Origin: a bacterium
GTDB taxonomy: Bacteria; SZUA-182; DTGQ01
Assembly (NCBI GenBank): GCA_040752695.1
Contig: JBFMGO010000118.1
Coordinates: forward strand, 1 to 18,125
DNA length: 18,125 bases
Reading direction: 5' to 3'
Below are positions 1 to 8,373 of this stretch, in pieces. Numbering within the stretch: position 1 is the first letter of the stretch; the number at the start of each line of letters is the position of its first letter. A program made the position numbers and the translations under genes. The notes under the pieces were generated by a model that did not search any database, was not told the DNA's origin, and saw only the letters and a program-made list of their open reading frames with translations.

Positions 1-28
1 TTGAGGTAACACAGATCGACGGGCACGC

Positions 29-83
29 TGGATACCGGATATTTGATACTGGTACTGGATTCTTGATGCCGGGTACTGAATAC
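29..83. repeat. Degenerate heptamer tandem array (TGGATAC-like)
   Basis: Units tggatac cggatat ttgatac tggtac tggattc ttgatgc cgggtac tgaatac. This is the reverse complement of the GYATCCA array at 5202-5313. Confidence 0.75.
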
Positions 84-96
84 CCCCCACTTTCAG

Positions 97-152
97 TGAC
101 TCCTGATCTCTGACTTTTGGCTCCGAGCTCTTGAATTCTGCATTCTCATTCC
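97..152. repeat. Degenerate heptamer tandem array (TGACTYC/TGAATTC-like)
   Basis: Eight in-register units: tgactcc tgatctc tgacttt tggctcc gagctct tgaattc tgcattc tcattcc. Confidence 0.75.
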
Positions 153-216
153 TTTCATATTGTATTTCAAAGGTGAATATGTTACTCTCTATCTAGGCAG
201 CTTTCGGAGATTCGAC

Positions 217-1098
217 ATGAGGAATCAGTATAAAAGGCTCGATGTCTTTCGATGCAGGCATGAATCTCACCAAGGGTTCGGGAATGTAGTTTCCGCCTAT
301 CATGTTTTGAAGGAAAAGGGATGCTACCCTCATGGCTGCATTTATTTTAAATGGAAATGCCATAAATTGGACCGCGGGATATCCTGCCCCAAAACGTACA
401 CACACGTAGGAAGAAAATGCATTTCCTGTCCTGAATATTTTGACGAAAAGATAATTAAATGTCCGGAAGTGCTCTTGGGACCAGAAGATTATGAACATTT
501 CCTCAAGAATTTCCGGGATTTTGAGATGTGGCTGTATGGTAAGAGGGATAAACAGGTAGACTTTACCGGAGAGATCAAAGCTGTCAAACCCCGGTTTATC
601 ATGAGCTGCCACAACGGTCACTCCCGTGTATCGTTTCAGGGATTTCTCGTAGTGTTCGAGAAGGGATTTGTAGACCTTACCTCTTTTGAGGATACGATTT
701 ATGCTATCCTCAGCCCCTCTCAACAAACCCGTTTTCGATTGGGCGAGGGAGATCAATTAGATTTGAGGGCAATCCTGCGTATTGACCGGGGCAGATTGGT
801 TTTAGATCATGTCCGGGCGATCGAAGTTGAGAGAAAGGTTTCGGCTAAATCCTGGACTTTAGCCGAGGCACGCCAAGTGCTTCTGACCAGCAGGATTTTG
901 GATACCCAATGTGAAAAATGCTTAAATTGTCCGCATAGCTCCCTCGTGGATGTACAAAGATCGGACGCGCTGCCCGAAGGGCAGAAGAAAAGGAAACTCT
1001 TATGTCTGAAGGGCATGTCAACCCCTGAATATTGTATTATTCAGGCAAAGGAAAAACTCCACCAGATAGATCATTGTCAGAATGAAAGAGCTTTTTGA
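217..1098 (+). CDS. Hypothetical Cys/His-rich protein (293 aa), probably metal-binding, with a beta-rich central region
   Basis: Long ORF. ATG at 217 is preceded by GGAG (206-209) and is preferred over TTG at 160. There are 15 Cys, clustered N-terminally (CYPHGC, CISC) and C-terminally (CEKCLNC, C..C). Confidence 0.8.
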   Translation: MRNQYKRLDVFRCRHESHQGFGNVVSAYHVLKEKGCYPHGCIYFKWKCHKLDRGISCPKTYTHVGRKCISCPEYFDEKIIKCPEVLLGPEDYEHFLKNFRDFEMWLYGKRDKQVDFTGEIKAVKPRFIMSCHNGHSRVSFQGFLVVFEKGFVDLTSFEDTIYAILSPSQQTRFRLGEGDQLDLRAILRIDRGRLVLDHVRAIEVERKVSAKSWTLAEARQVLLTSRILDTQCEKCLNCPHSSLVDVQRSDALPEGQKKRKLLCLKGMSTPEYCIIQAKEKLHQIDHCQNERAF

Positions 1099-1138
1099 TT
1101 ATAAGAAAGTTTTTTTGACTTATGACAGAGCTTTTTGA
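1087..1138. repeat. Three 12-nt direct repeats with exact 20-nt period
   Basis: agagctttttga (1087), aagtttttttga (1107), agagctttttga (1127). Confidence 0.7.
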
Positions 1139-1263
1139 CAGAGATTAACCATTCAGGAAAAGCCGATCCTATTCATGAGCCATTACGGTGCTAGTGCCAT
1201 TTCGAATGAACGTGAAAAATTTCCCGTGAGAATCTGTTCCGGGATAGAACTGCTCTGTTGAAA

Positions 1264-1302
1264 ATCCCCCCGCCCCCTCCTTTCGGAAAGGGAGAGGGGA
1301 GG
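1264..1302. repeat. C-rich/G-rich imperfect palindrome (REP-like hairpin, CCTTTC-G-GAAAGG core)
   Basis: atccccccgccccctcctttcggaaagggagaggggagg; similar to the palindrome at 3763-3782. Confidence 0.5.
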
Positions 1303-1410
1303 TAGTGAAGAAAAGGGGGGGAGCGAGAAGGTAAAATGATAGAAGCCGTGAGAGAAAAATGTGTATTGTCTTTCATACGTGAACGATTCAGGTAGAGGAG
1401 ATGAAGCCTT

Positions 1411-1785
1411 ATGCCAATTTATGAATACAGATGCAATCAGTGCTTCAGAAGATCTACGTTTTTAATTTTAAATGTAAACAACTCTCAATTTCCAAAATGC
1501 AAGCATTGTGGCAGTGAAGATATCGAAAAGCTGATTTCTCGCGTCCGTATGTTGAAATCAGATGAAGCCAGACTGGAAAGACTTGCCGACCCCTGCAATC
1601 TGGGGGGATTAGATGAAAACGATCCGGTCAGTATGGCCAGATGGATGAAAAAAATGGGTAAGGAGATGGGCGAAGAATTCGCTGGAGAGGATTTTGACCA
1701 GATGGTCGATGAAGCTGCTCACGAGGCTGAGAAAGAGGGAAAAGGGGACTTTTCGACCGCAGCGGCAGATGCCGATGATTTCTGA
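1411..1785 (+). CDS. FmdB-family zinc-ribbon protein with acidic helical C-terminal extension
   Basis: Signature MPIYEYRCxxC...CxxCGS...KLIS; SD GAGGAG just upstream. Confidence 0.88.
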   Translation: MPIYEYRCNQCFRRSTFLILNVNNSQFPKCKHCGSEDIEKLISRVRMLKSDEARLERLADPCNLGGLDENDPVSMARWMKKMGKEMGEEFAGEDFDQMVDEAAHEAEKEGKGDFSTAAADADDF

Positions 1786-1981
1786 TATTTCCACCACCCT
1801 ACCCTGTACGTGAACGGTCAAAGAATGCCAGGCGATACGAGAGTGGCCAGAAGAGCGGGTCAGGGGACTGTGTACCAGAGCGGTCGGGGAATGACAGAGA
1901 GCGGTCAGCGTATGTGAGAGTATCGGTAAGCTTATGTAGGCCCATGCTTTGAAGAGATGGCGCTTTAGAAGAGGGGAGTTC

Positions 1982-2605
1982 ATGGGAAAGATACAAAGGG
2001 CGTTGCTGAGTGTTTCGGATAAAACCGGGCTTGTGAAGTTGGCCAAACAGTTGCACGAGTGGAATGTCCAGATCCTGTCTACCGGCGGGACAGCCAGACT
2101 TTTGAAGGAAAACGGGATTCCATTGACCCCGGTTTCCGAATATACACAATCTCCGGAGATGCTGGATGGCCGGGTAAAGACCCTGCACCCCAGAATCCAC
2201 GCGGGACTTTTAGCTAAACGGGATAATAGAGAGCACATGCGGCAGTTAGCCGAGAATAACTGCCTGCCGATTGACATGGTCGTAGTGAACCTCTATCCTT
2301 TTGAGAAAACCGTTGCCAATCCGGAGAGCACCTTTGACCAGGCAGTGGAGAACATTGACATCGGTGGTCCCACCATGCTGCGGGCTGCGGCAAAAAATTT
2401 TCAGGATGTGGTCGTGGTCGTGGACCCCAATGATTATTCTTTAATTTGCCGAGAAATGGAGGAGAATCAAAGAGAGATCAGTTACGCTACCAGGTTCTCT
2501 CTCATGAAGAAGGTTTATGCTCATACGGCGCATTACGATAAGGCTATCACCAATTATCTGGAGCGAGTCAGGATCGAGGGGAATGTCCCCAGGGTCATTG
2601 GTTAG
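1982..2605 (+). CDS. purH: IMP cyclohydrolase, stand-alone (PurH N-terminal MGS-like domain only, 207 aa)
   Basis: Motifs RALLSVSDKTG, STGGTA, GRVKTLHP, VVNLYPF, IENIDIGGPTMLRAAAKN-like (VENIDIGGPTMLRAAAKN), TAHYD. SD GAGGGGAG before ATG 1982. The ORF stops before the AICAR transformylase domain. Confidence 0.92.
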   Translation: MGKIQRALLSVSDKTGLVKLAKQLHEWNVQILSTGGTARLLKENGIPLTPVSEYTQSPEMLDGRVKTLHPRIHAGLLAKRDNREHMRQLAENNCLPIDMVVVNLYPFEKTVANPESTFDQAVENIDIGGPTMLRAAAKNFQDVVVVVDPNDYSLICREMEENQREISYATRFSLMKKVYAHTAHYDKAITNYLERVRIEGNVPRVIG

Positions 2606-2620
2606 GAAGCGTTTTGAATC

Positions 2621-2660
2621 TGGGATTAGGGATCAGGGATTTTAGGATTTAGGGATCAGG
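2621..2660. repeat. Short heptamer array (AGGGATY)
   Basis: tgggatt agggatc agggatt ttaggattt agggatc agg, between purH and gpsA. Confidence 0.6.
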
Positions 2661-2665
2661 CGGTT

Positions 2666-3679
2666 ATGGGTGAAAATACAGGCGAAAAGATCGCGGTTAT
2701 CGGGGCTGGGAGTTGGGGAACTACCCTGGCTGTCTTATTGGCAGATAAGGGCTTCGACGTCACTCTTTGGGTCTATGAACCTGATCTGGTCAGGGAGATC
2801 GAGGCAAAGAGAGAGAATCCCCTGTTCCTGCCCGGAGTTTCGATTCCATCCAACATAAAACCTACCCATTCTCTCTGCGAGGCGGTCAGGGAGAAAGATG
2901 TTATTGTTTCCGTCGTTCCTTCTCATGTAGCGCGGCAGGTTACCCTTCAGTACCGGGACCACCTTCCAAAAGGAGCGCATCTGGTTTCGGCTACCAAGGG
3001 GCTCGAAGAGGAATCTTTGCTGCGTATCTCTCAGGTAATTCAGCAGTCGATTCCCTCCCGTATCGAGATAAAGATCTCCTGCCTTTCCGGACCCAGTTTT
3101 GCCAGGGAGGTTTCCCGAAAAATGGCTACAGCCGTAGCTGTGGCCTGTGAAGATACGCAAGAGGCCATATTCATCCAGCATTTATTTTCTTCCCCCTATT
3201 TCCGCGTTTACCGAAATAACGATCTAGTGGGCGTTGAACTGGCCGGGGCACTGAAAAATGTCATTGCCATTGCAGCCGGGATTTCCGATGGCCTTGGATT
3301 TGGCTACAATGCCCGCGCAGCTCTCATTACTCGCGGATTGGTGGAAATTACCAGACTGGGGATGGCTATGGGAGCTCGCCAGGAAACGTTTTATGGATTA
3401 GCCGGAGTAGGCGATCTGATCCTGACCTGTACGGCTGACCTGAGCCGAAACAGGACGCTGGGGCTGCGATTGGGGCAGGGAGAAAAACTTTCACACATTT
3501 TAGGCAGCATGAAAATGGTGGCTGAGGGAGTCGTGACTGCCAGGGCCGCCATCCGTCTGGCACGAAAACTCCACGTCGAGATGCCGATTTCCGAACAGGT
3601 ATCAGCGATTCTCTTCGAGGAAAGAACCCCTTTGGATGCTTTTTCCGAATTGATGAGCCGGACCTTGAAGTATGAATAG
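2666..3679 (+). CDS. gpsA: NAD(P)H-dependent glycerol-3-phosphate dehydrogenase
   Basis: Rossmann GAGSWGT, ATKG, LSGPSFA, GALKNVIAIAAG, GDLILTC, SRNR and AEGV motifs. Confidence 0.97.
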   Translation: MGENTGEKIAVIGAGSWGTTLAVLLADKGFDVTLWVYEPDLVREIEAKRENPLFLPGVSIPSNIKPTHSLCEAVREKDVIVSVVPSHVARQVTLQYRDHLPKGAHLVSATKGLEEESLLRISQVIQQSIPSRIEIKISCLSGPSFAREVSRKMATAVAVACEDTQEAIFIQHLFSSPYFRVYRNNDLVGVELAGALKNVIAIAAGISDGLGFGYNARAALITRGLVEITRLGMAMGARQETFYGLAGVGDLILTCTADLSRNRTLGLRLGQGEKLSHILGSMKMVAEGVVTARAAIRLARKLHVEMPISEQVSAILFEERTPLDAFSELMSRTLKYE

Positions 3680-3729
3680 CTGGATGCCGTTCAGAACCGA
3701 TGTGAGATTTCTGGTTCCCAAAGGTATCA

Positions 3730-3796
3730 ATCACTCCCCCTTTTGTAAAAGGCACCCATCACTCCCCCTTTATAAAGGGGGATAAAAATCTTTATC
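3730..3796. repeat. Direct repeat plus perfect 20-bp palindrome plus second hairpin downstream of gpsA (REP-like or terminator-like)
   Basis: atcactcccccttt at 3730 and 3758; tcccccttta|taaaggggga at 3763-3782; gataaa-aatc-tttatc at 3781-3796. Confidence 0.65.
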
Positions 3797-3880
3797 GCAG
3801 GGGGAAAGGACAATATCCGGCCCGCGCATTGAGCGTGATCTGTGCCTGGTATACACACAATAAAGAGTCGCCATAATTAA

Positions 3881-3929
3881 CTGACTACTGATCACTGGCT
3901 ACAAACCATTGGCTGCTGGTTACTGGCCG
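3881..3929. repeat. Heptamer array (CTGRCTA-like)
   Basis: ctgacta ctgatca ctggcta caaacca ttggctg ctggtta ctggccg. Confidence 0.65.
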
Positions 3930-3936
3930 ATAGCCA

Positions 3937-5073
3937 ATGGGGTCGGCTGAATTTTTAGAGAGAAAGATGGAAATTTTCGATCCAGGAAAAAATCGTGCTC
4001 ACTATTCTCGAGCCAAAATCATTCCTGTCTTTCTGCCTCATCAGGGGTGCCCGAACCGGTGCATTTACTGCAATCAAAGGGAGGTGACCGGAACCTCTGC
4101 GGTTCGGAATGCTGAAGAGGTTTATCCGCTTATCCAGCGATATCTCGAAACAATACAAAAGGCACGAAAAAGAAAGCAGGCCGGATTTCCCGGACGGATC
4201 GAGGTTGCTTTTTATGGTGGGAATTTTACGGGGATGCCGGTCGATGTGCAGCGGAAATTTTTACAGCCTGCAGCGTCGACGGTTCACAGTGGAGAAATCG
4301 ACGGGATTCGTATTTCCACCAGGCCGGATTACTTATCCAGGTCTGACGTGCAGTTCCTTGCAGGCTATGGGGTCAGTACTGTTGAGATCGGAGTGCAATC
4401 CCTGGATACACGGGTTTTACAAATGGCTGGTCGGGCCTATTCGGAGGACCAGGTTGAGGAGGCCGTGAGCCTTCTCCATCAGGGCCGGTTTTTCATTGGC
4501 CTCCATCTTATGGTTGGTCTGCCCGGGGAAAGCATTGAGGGCCGCTTCCACACTGTTGAAAAGGTTATCCGGTTATCCCCTCACTTTGTACGAATTCATC
4601 CTACACTGGTCATTAAGGATACGGAACTGGAGCACATGTACAGGCAGGGAAATTACATACCCCTGACTCTGGATCAGGCGGTTGAAGTGTGTAAGGAGCT
4701 ATCCAGGCGGTTGATCAGAGGCGGTATCAGTGTGGCTCGGATTGGTTTACAATCAATTCCGGAAATGCAAAAGTCAGGGTGCATCGTCGCCGGTCCTTTT
4801 CATCCTGCAATGGGAGAGTTGGTGGCATCCTCCATAGCGTATGACCGAATGCAGGAACTCCTGGCCAAACGGAGCAGCCAGGGCAAAAGAGTGGTAATTT
4901 TCGTTCCGGAGCGCGAGCTATCCGTTTTTCTTGGTCAGCGCAGGCAAAACCTTCACCGGTTGCAGCGGCAGGATTGTCGCCATCAGGAAGTCATCATCGT
5001 ACCTGACAGGAATTTGAAGCCTGGCAGTCTACGATGTGTAGAAGAGCCAGCTCCGTATGCTCCTTGTTTTTGA
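3937..5073 (+). CDS. Radical SAM protein, Elp3-like (no GNAT domain)
   Basis: IPVFLPHQGCPNRCIYCNQ (CxxxCxxC, 4048-4071), EVAFYGGNFT, IRISTRPD, VEIGVQS, LMVGLPG, AGPFHPA. Alternative start ATG 3967. Confidence 0.9.
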   Translation: MGSAEFLERKMEIFDPGKNRAHYSRAKIIPVFLPHQGCPNRCIYCNQREVTGTSAVRNAEEVYPLIQRYLETIQKARKRKQAGFPGRIEVAFYGGNFTGMPVDVQRKFLQPAASTVHSGEIDGIRISTRPDYLSRSDVQFLAGYGVSTVEIGVQSLDTRVLQMAGRAYSEDQVEEAVSLLHQGRFFIGLHLMVGLPGESIEGRFHTVEKVIRLSPHFVRIHPTLVIKDTELEHMYRQGNYIPLTLDQAVEVCKELSRRLIRGGISVARIGLQSIPEMQKSGCIVAGPFHPAMGELVASSIAYDRMQELLAKRSSQGKRVVIFVPERELSVFLGQRRQNLHRLQRQDCRHQEVIIVPDRNLKPGSLRCVEEPAPYAPCF

Positions 5074-5201
5074 TCTTTTTACATTAAATTTTAATCAACT
5101 TTTTGACTTTTTTATTTTAACGGGGGAGATTGGTTAAAACATACACTCATATCGTCATGCGTAAATTAAGAGAATGGGTATTCGACATCAATCATCAATC
5201 A

Positions 5202-5313
5202 GCATCCAGTATCCAACATCCAATGTCTGGCATCTACTATCCAGCATCTACTATCTAGTATCCGATATCCCGCATCCAGCAGCCGATACCCGGAATCCCA
5301 CGTCCAGAACCCG
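5202..5313. repeat. 16-unit degenerate heptamer tandem array (consensus about GYATCCA)
   Basis: gcatcca gtatcca acatcca atgtctg gcatcta ctatcca gcatcta ctatcta gtatccg atatccc gcatcca gcagccg atacccg gaatccc acgtcca gaacccg, in strict 7-nt register. Confidence 0.85.
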
Positions 5314-5364
5314 GGAGATATGAGCGGAATTATTTTCAGGAGAATATGGGGGTGATTGCAGTAT

Positions 5365-6891
5365 ATGGGGAGAAGTAAAGATCTTAAAAAAGATCAGGAG
5401 TCAGAAGGCAGGTATTACCATTTATATCAAAACGCTACCGATGGGCTGTTTACCGTGGATCACGCCGGATACCTCCACGACGCGAATAAAACCTGTGAGC
5501 GGATTACCGGATATTCCAGTGAGGAATTGGAGAAGACACATTTTACTGACCTTCTCACAGCTAAAGAAAAAAGGTTTATCAGTCATTATTTTGAGATGAT
5601 TAAAAAGGGGCAGCTCATTCCCAGGGATGATGTCCAGGTGGAGATCATCAGCAAGAGCCGCCAAACCAAGGTAGTGGAACTGCACATTCAGAATGCTTCT
5701 TTTAACAAGGGCCTGATTCAGGCTTCCATCCGGGACATAACTGACAAGAAGAAACTGGAAGATCAGCTCATCAATGCGCAGCGCATGGAATGTATCGGTA
5801 AACTGGTAAATGAAGTCTCCCATAAATTCAACGACATCCTGACCGGAATTCTGGGCTCCGCCTCATATATGAGAGAATCCCTGAAGGGGGACGAGGAGTA
5901 TTATAAGTACGTAGAGACCATCGAGAAATCAGCGGCAGTAGGTGCGGAACTCGTATCTCAGCTCATGGCTTTTGGGAACAGGCAGGAGTCTCATTTACAG
6001 GTGGTTGATGTCAACGAGGTTATAAAGGAGGCAATCAGTCTGATGCATAATAATTACCTCTCGAGCCGGATCGAGGTTACCGCCCGGTTGCAGGAGGGAC
6101 CTTTATCAGCCAGGATCGATAAGGGAAGGATCATGCAGGCTGTAATGAATATTTGTCACAATGCCAAAGATGCCATGCCTCGGGGCGGGAAGTTGACCAT
6201 CGTCACTGAAATTCTGAAATTGAGTGAAGATTTTTGCCTCAAGCACATCGGCCTGCGGGAAGGAAAATATATCCATATTCAAATTTCCGATACTGGCCAT
6301 GGCATAGAGGAAAAATGTATTTCCTACATCTTCGATCCCTTTTTTACCACGAAAGATGTCGGTAAAGGAACGGGTCTTGGCCTTTCGGTAGCCTTTGGCA
6401 TTATCAAGGCGCATCATGGGACCATTCTTGTCAAAAGCAAGCTTGGTGCAGGTTCTACATTTGATATCTACCTGCCCGACTGCTCCAGCTCGGCCGTCAA
6501 AGGATGCGGGGAAAGTGTGAGCGAGGGAGAAGGAACCGTGATGGTGGTCGAAGACGAACACCTGGTGCGAAAGATGACCTTTAACATCCTGGCGCGATCC
6601 GGATACAAGGTCTTTTGTGCTGCGAATGGAGAAGAGGCCCTTGATTTGTATAAAAAGAATGAGAACCTGATTGACCTGGTGATTCTGGACATGATTATGC
6701 CCAAAAAGGATGGTCTGGAAACCTTTAAGGAACTTAAAGAGATAAACCGGGATATCCGGGTTGTCATCTCAACCGGATACCTGCCCAACCATATCAGTTC
6801 GGAATTCCTTAAGGGAGGTGCCGTGGGATTTATTCAAAAGCCGTACACTGCCATGGAGCTGTCGAAAATGGTAAAGAGGATTTTATCTTGA
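5365..6891 (+). CDS. Cytoplasmic PAS-histidine kinase-receiver hybrid (CckA-like architecture)
   Basis: PAS (DGLFTVD...N...IRDIT), H-box VSHKFND, N-box NAKDAM, G1 DTGHG, F-box FDPFFTTK, G2 GTGLGL, REC (VEDE, LDMIMP, QKP). No TM segment. Alternative start TTG 5356. Confidence 0.92.
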   Translation: MGRSKDLKKDQESEGRYYHLYQNATDGLFTVDHAGYLHDANKTCERITGYSSEELEKTHFTDLLTAKEKRFISHYFEMIKKGQLIPRDDVQVEIISKSRQTKVVELHIQNASFNKGLIQASIRDITDKKKLEDQLINAQRMECIGKLVNEVSHKFNDILTGILGSASYMRESLKGDEEYYKYVETIEKSAAVGAELVSQLMAFGNRQESHLQVVDVNEVIKEAISLMHNNYLSSRIEVTARLQEGPLSARIDKGRIMQAVMNICHNAKDAMPRGGKLTIVTEILKLSEDFCLKHIGLREGKYIHIQISDTGHGIEEKCISYIFDPFFTTKDVGKGTGLGLSVAFGIIKAHHGTILVKSKLGAGSTFDIYLPDCSSSAVKGCGESVSEGEGTVMVVEDEHLVRKMTFNILARSGYKVFCAANGEEALDLYKKNENLIDLVILDMIMPKKDGLETFKELKEINRDIRVVISTGYLPNHISSEFLKGGAVGFIQKPYTAMELSKMVKRILS

Positions 6892-6945
6892 ATCTCTCCT
6901 GCTGCAACTTCTCTCCGGCAAGTGGATACGAACAAACACTACTCG

Positions 6946-7545
6946 TTAAGTGACCAGGTTTACAATCAAATCTATCGCTTTTTGCCTGCTGATCTTGCTG
7001 AGATTTATCGTGAGGTGGTAGAGGAGCGGGTCCTCTCCGTCACTTTGAAAGTGGGTTTCAAGAAATTCCCGCCGGTGGCGTTCTTCTCTTTGGACCTTTT
7101 GAACCATGTCGGTTTCAAGCAGCCTCAGAAGATGCTCGGTCCTCAAGTGTTCCATTCGATCCTTGAGATTGGCCACCAGGCGAAGGTGATAGACCCCGGG
7201 TTCATTTTGTAAGACAAACTGAGATCCCCGGCCAATAATAATGGCATTTCCTCTATGAACCATTTCGAAGAAAAGGGTTCGCAGTGCTTCGACATATTCC
7301 CTGGGAGTGATGGAGTTCTTTTGCAGTGCAGCGATGCGAAAAGAGGCGATATCGACAGCCGATGTGAGAGGAAGCTCAATGGTAAGTTCATGCTTCTGTG
7401 CAGCCTCTAATGAGCGGTCCAGCTTTTGGGCCATAGTTGGAATAATTTCTTTCTCGAAAAAATGATACCCCAAGATGCTGGCGAGCTCTCTGGCTATTTC
7501 CCTGCCTCCGCAGCCATAAGTCCTTGATATGGTTAAAATTGCCAC
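6946..7545 (-). CDS. Cytidylate kinase-like family protein (P-loop, Cytidylate_kin2 type)
   Basis: ITISRxYGxGG-type start (LTISRTYGCGGREIA), IIIGRGS, DPLLYHLTIN; GTG start with AGGAGG SD. Confidence 0.88.
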   Translation of the reverse strand: MAILTISRTYGCGGREIARELASILGYHFFEKEIIPTMAQKLDRSLEAAQKHELTIELPLTSAVDIASFRIAALQKNSITPREYVEALRTLFFEMVHRGNAIIIGRGSQFVLQNEPGVYHLRLVANLKDRMEHLRTEHLLRLLETDMVQKVQREERHRREFLETHFQSDGEDPLLYHLTINLSKISRQKAIDLIVNLVT

Positions 7546-7659
7546 GCTTTTCCTCCTGTTTTCCCTTTCCCCCTGCGCTTATTCCTTCCCGTCCCTGCCT
7601 GGCTTTTGAGGCTGTGCTCCTTATATAAAAGGGGAGTATAGACGGCATTGGAAAGGGTG

Positions 7660-8373
7660 CTAAAAGTCTATTTCGATCTCCGTATTCGCTATTGATAAAA
7701 GATACGTTTTGACATCACCTCCACAATGCTGTTTGACCTTTGAAGAGAGAATCTGGGTAATGTTGCTGATTTCTTCGGGTGAAACCGGCGAAAGCCCATC
7801 TACGTTAATTGCTACTTTTGTAGTTTCCTGCAAAATTCTCGTTACATGGCTGTTCCGCCAGCACCAGGCGCGGCAAAGGACCTTTTTCTCTCCATCATGG
7901 TAAATAATCTCACCCGGCCGGGGATGCTCCACTATTTCGGGTTTCCCCAAAGGTACATATTCTTCATCTCCGGTAGAATATCCTAACTCGAGGTTTCCGA
8001 CCGTGCAGGTAAGGTCGTCACCACCGCAGGGTACGATATTTTCCAAACTCATAATGTTAAAAATTGTAACCAGTTTGTTGATAAAAGGAATAGGTGAGCC
8101 ACTTAACGCTCTTTTAACCAGGCTCGCTATTGCCGGAGGTTGAGAATTCGGATTAACACCAAATTTCTCAAAAGCTTTTCTCCATGAAGTAATCCGAAGG
8201 TGATTTTTATAATCCTTCAGAGAGGGATCACTGTACACTCTTTTTTCCAGATCCCTTAACTCCTGCATTAAAATTTTATCTTCTTCACGGTTATCCATAT
8301 CGTTTGCTACCACAACTCCACGGCAGAAGTCCGGAAACTGCCGGAAAAGATTTTGATCGATTCGGATTTTCAT
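7660..8373 (-). CDS. Stand-alone B3/B4 domain protein (PheRS-beta editing-domain homologue)
   Basis: SWRKAFEKFG, PPAIASLVKR, IPFINKLVTIFN, PCGGDD, GEIIYHD, CRAWCWRNS match the stand-alone B3/4 family pattern. Confidence 0.88.
   Translation of the reverse strand: MKIRIDQNLFRQFPDFCRGVVVANDMDNREEDKILMQELRDLEKRVYSDPSLKDYKNHLRITSWRKAFEKFGVNPNSQPPAIASLVKRALSGSPIPFINKLVTIFNIMSLENIVPCGGDDLTCTVGNLELGYSTGDEEYVPLGKPEIVEHPRPGEIIYHDGEKKVLCRAWCWRNSHVTRILQETTKVAINVDGLSPVSPEEISNITQILSSKVKQHCGGDVKTYLLSIANTEIEIDF

Noticed and set aside
1786..1981. ZMP/ZTP (pfl) riboswitch upstream of purH
   Set aside because: The expected GACTGGCG and CGCCTGGGC elements are absent on the sense strand; only a CGCCTGGC on the wrong strand.
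1609..2277. 222-aa minus-strand ORF and other long antisense ORFs (193-756, 2735-3181, 6106-6561, 6922-7212, 10439-11077, 14751-15203)
   Set aside because: They shadow well-supported genes on the opposite strand and show no recognisable motifs.
2603..2665. Readthrough or frameshift extending purH
   Set aside because: An in-frame TGA follows within four codons and the remainder is heptamer repeat, not transformylase sequence.
5202..5313. CRISPR array
   Set aside because: Units are 7 nt and contiguous, with no unique spacers and no cas genes.
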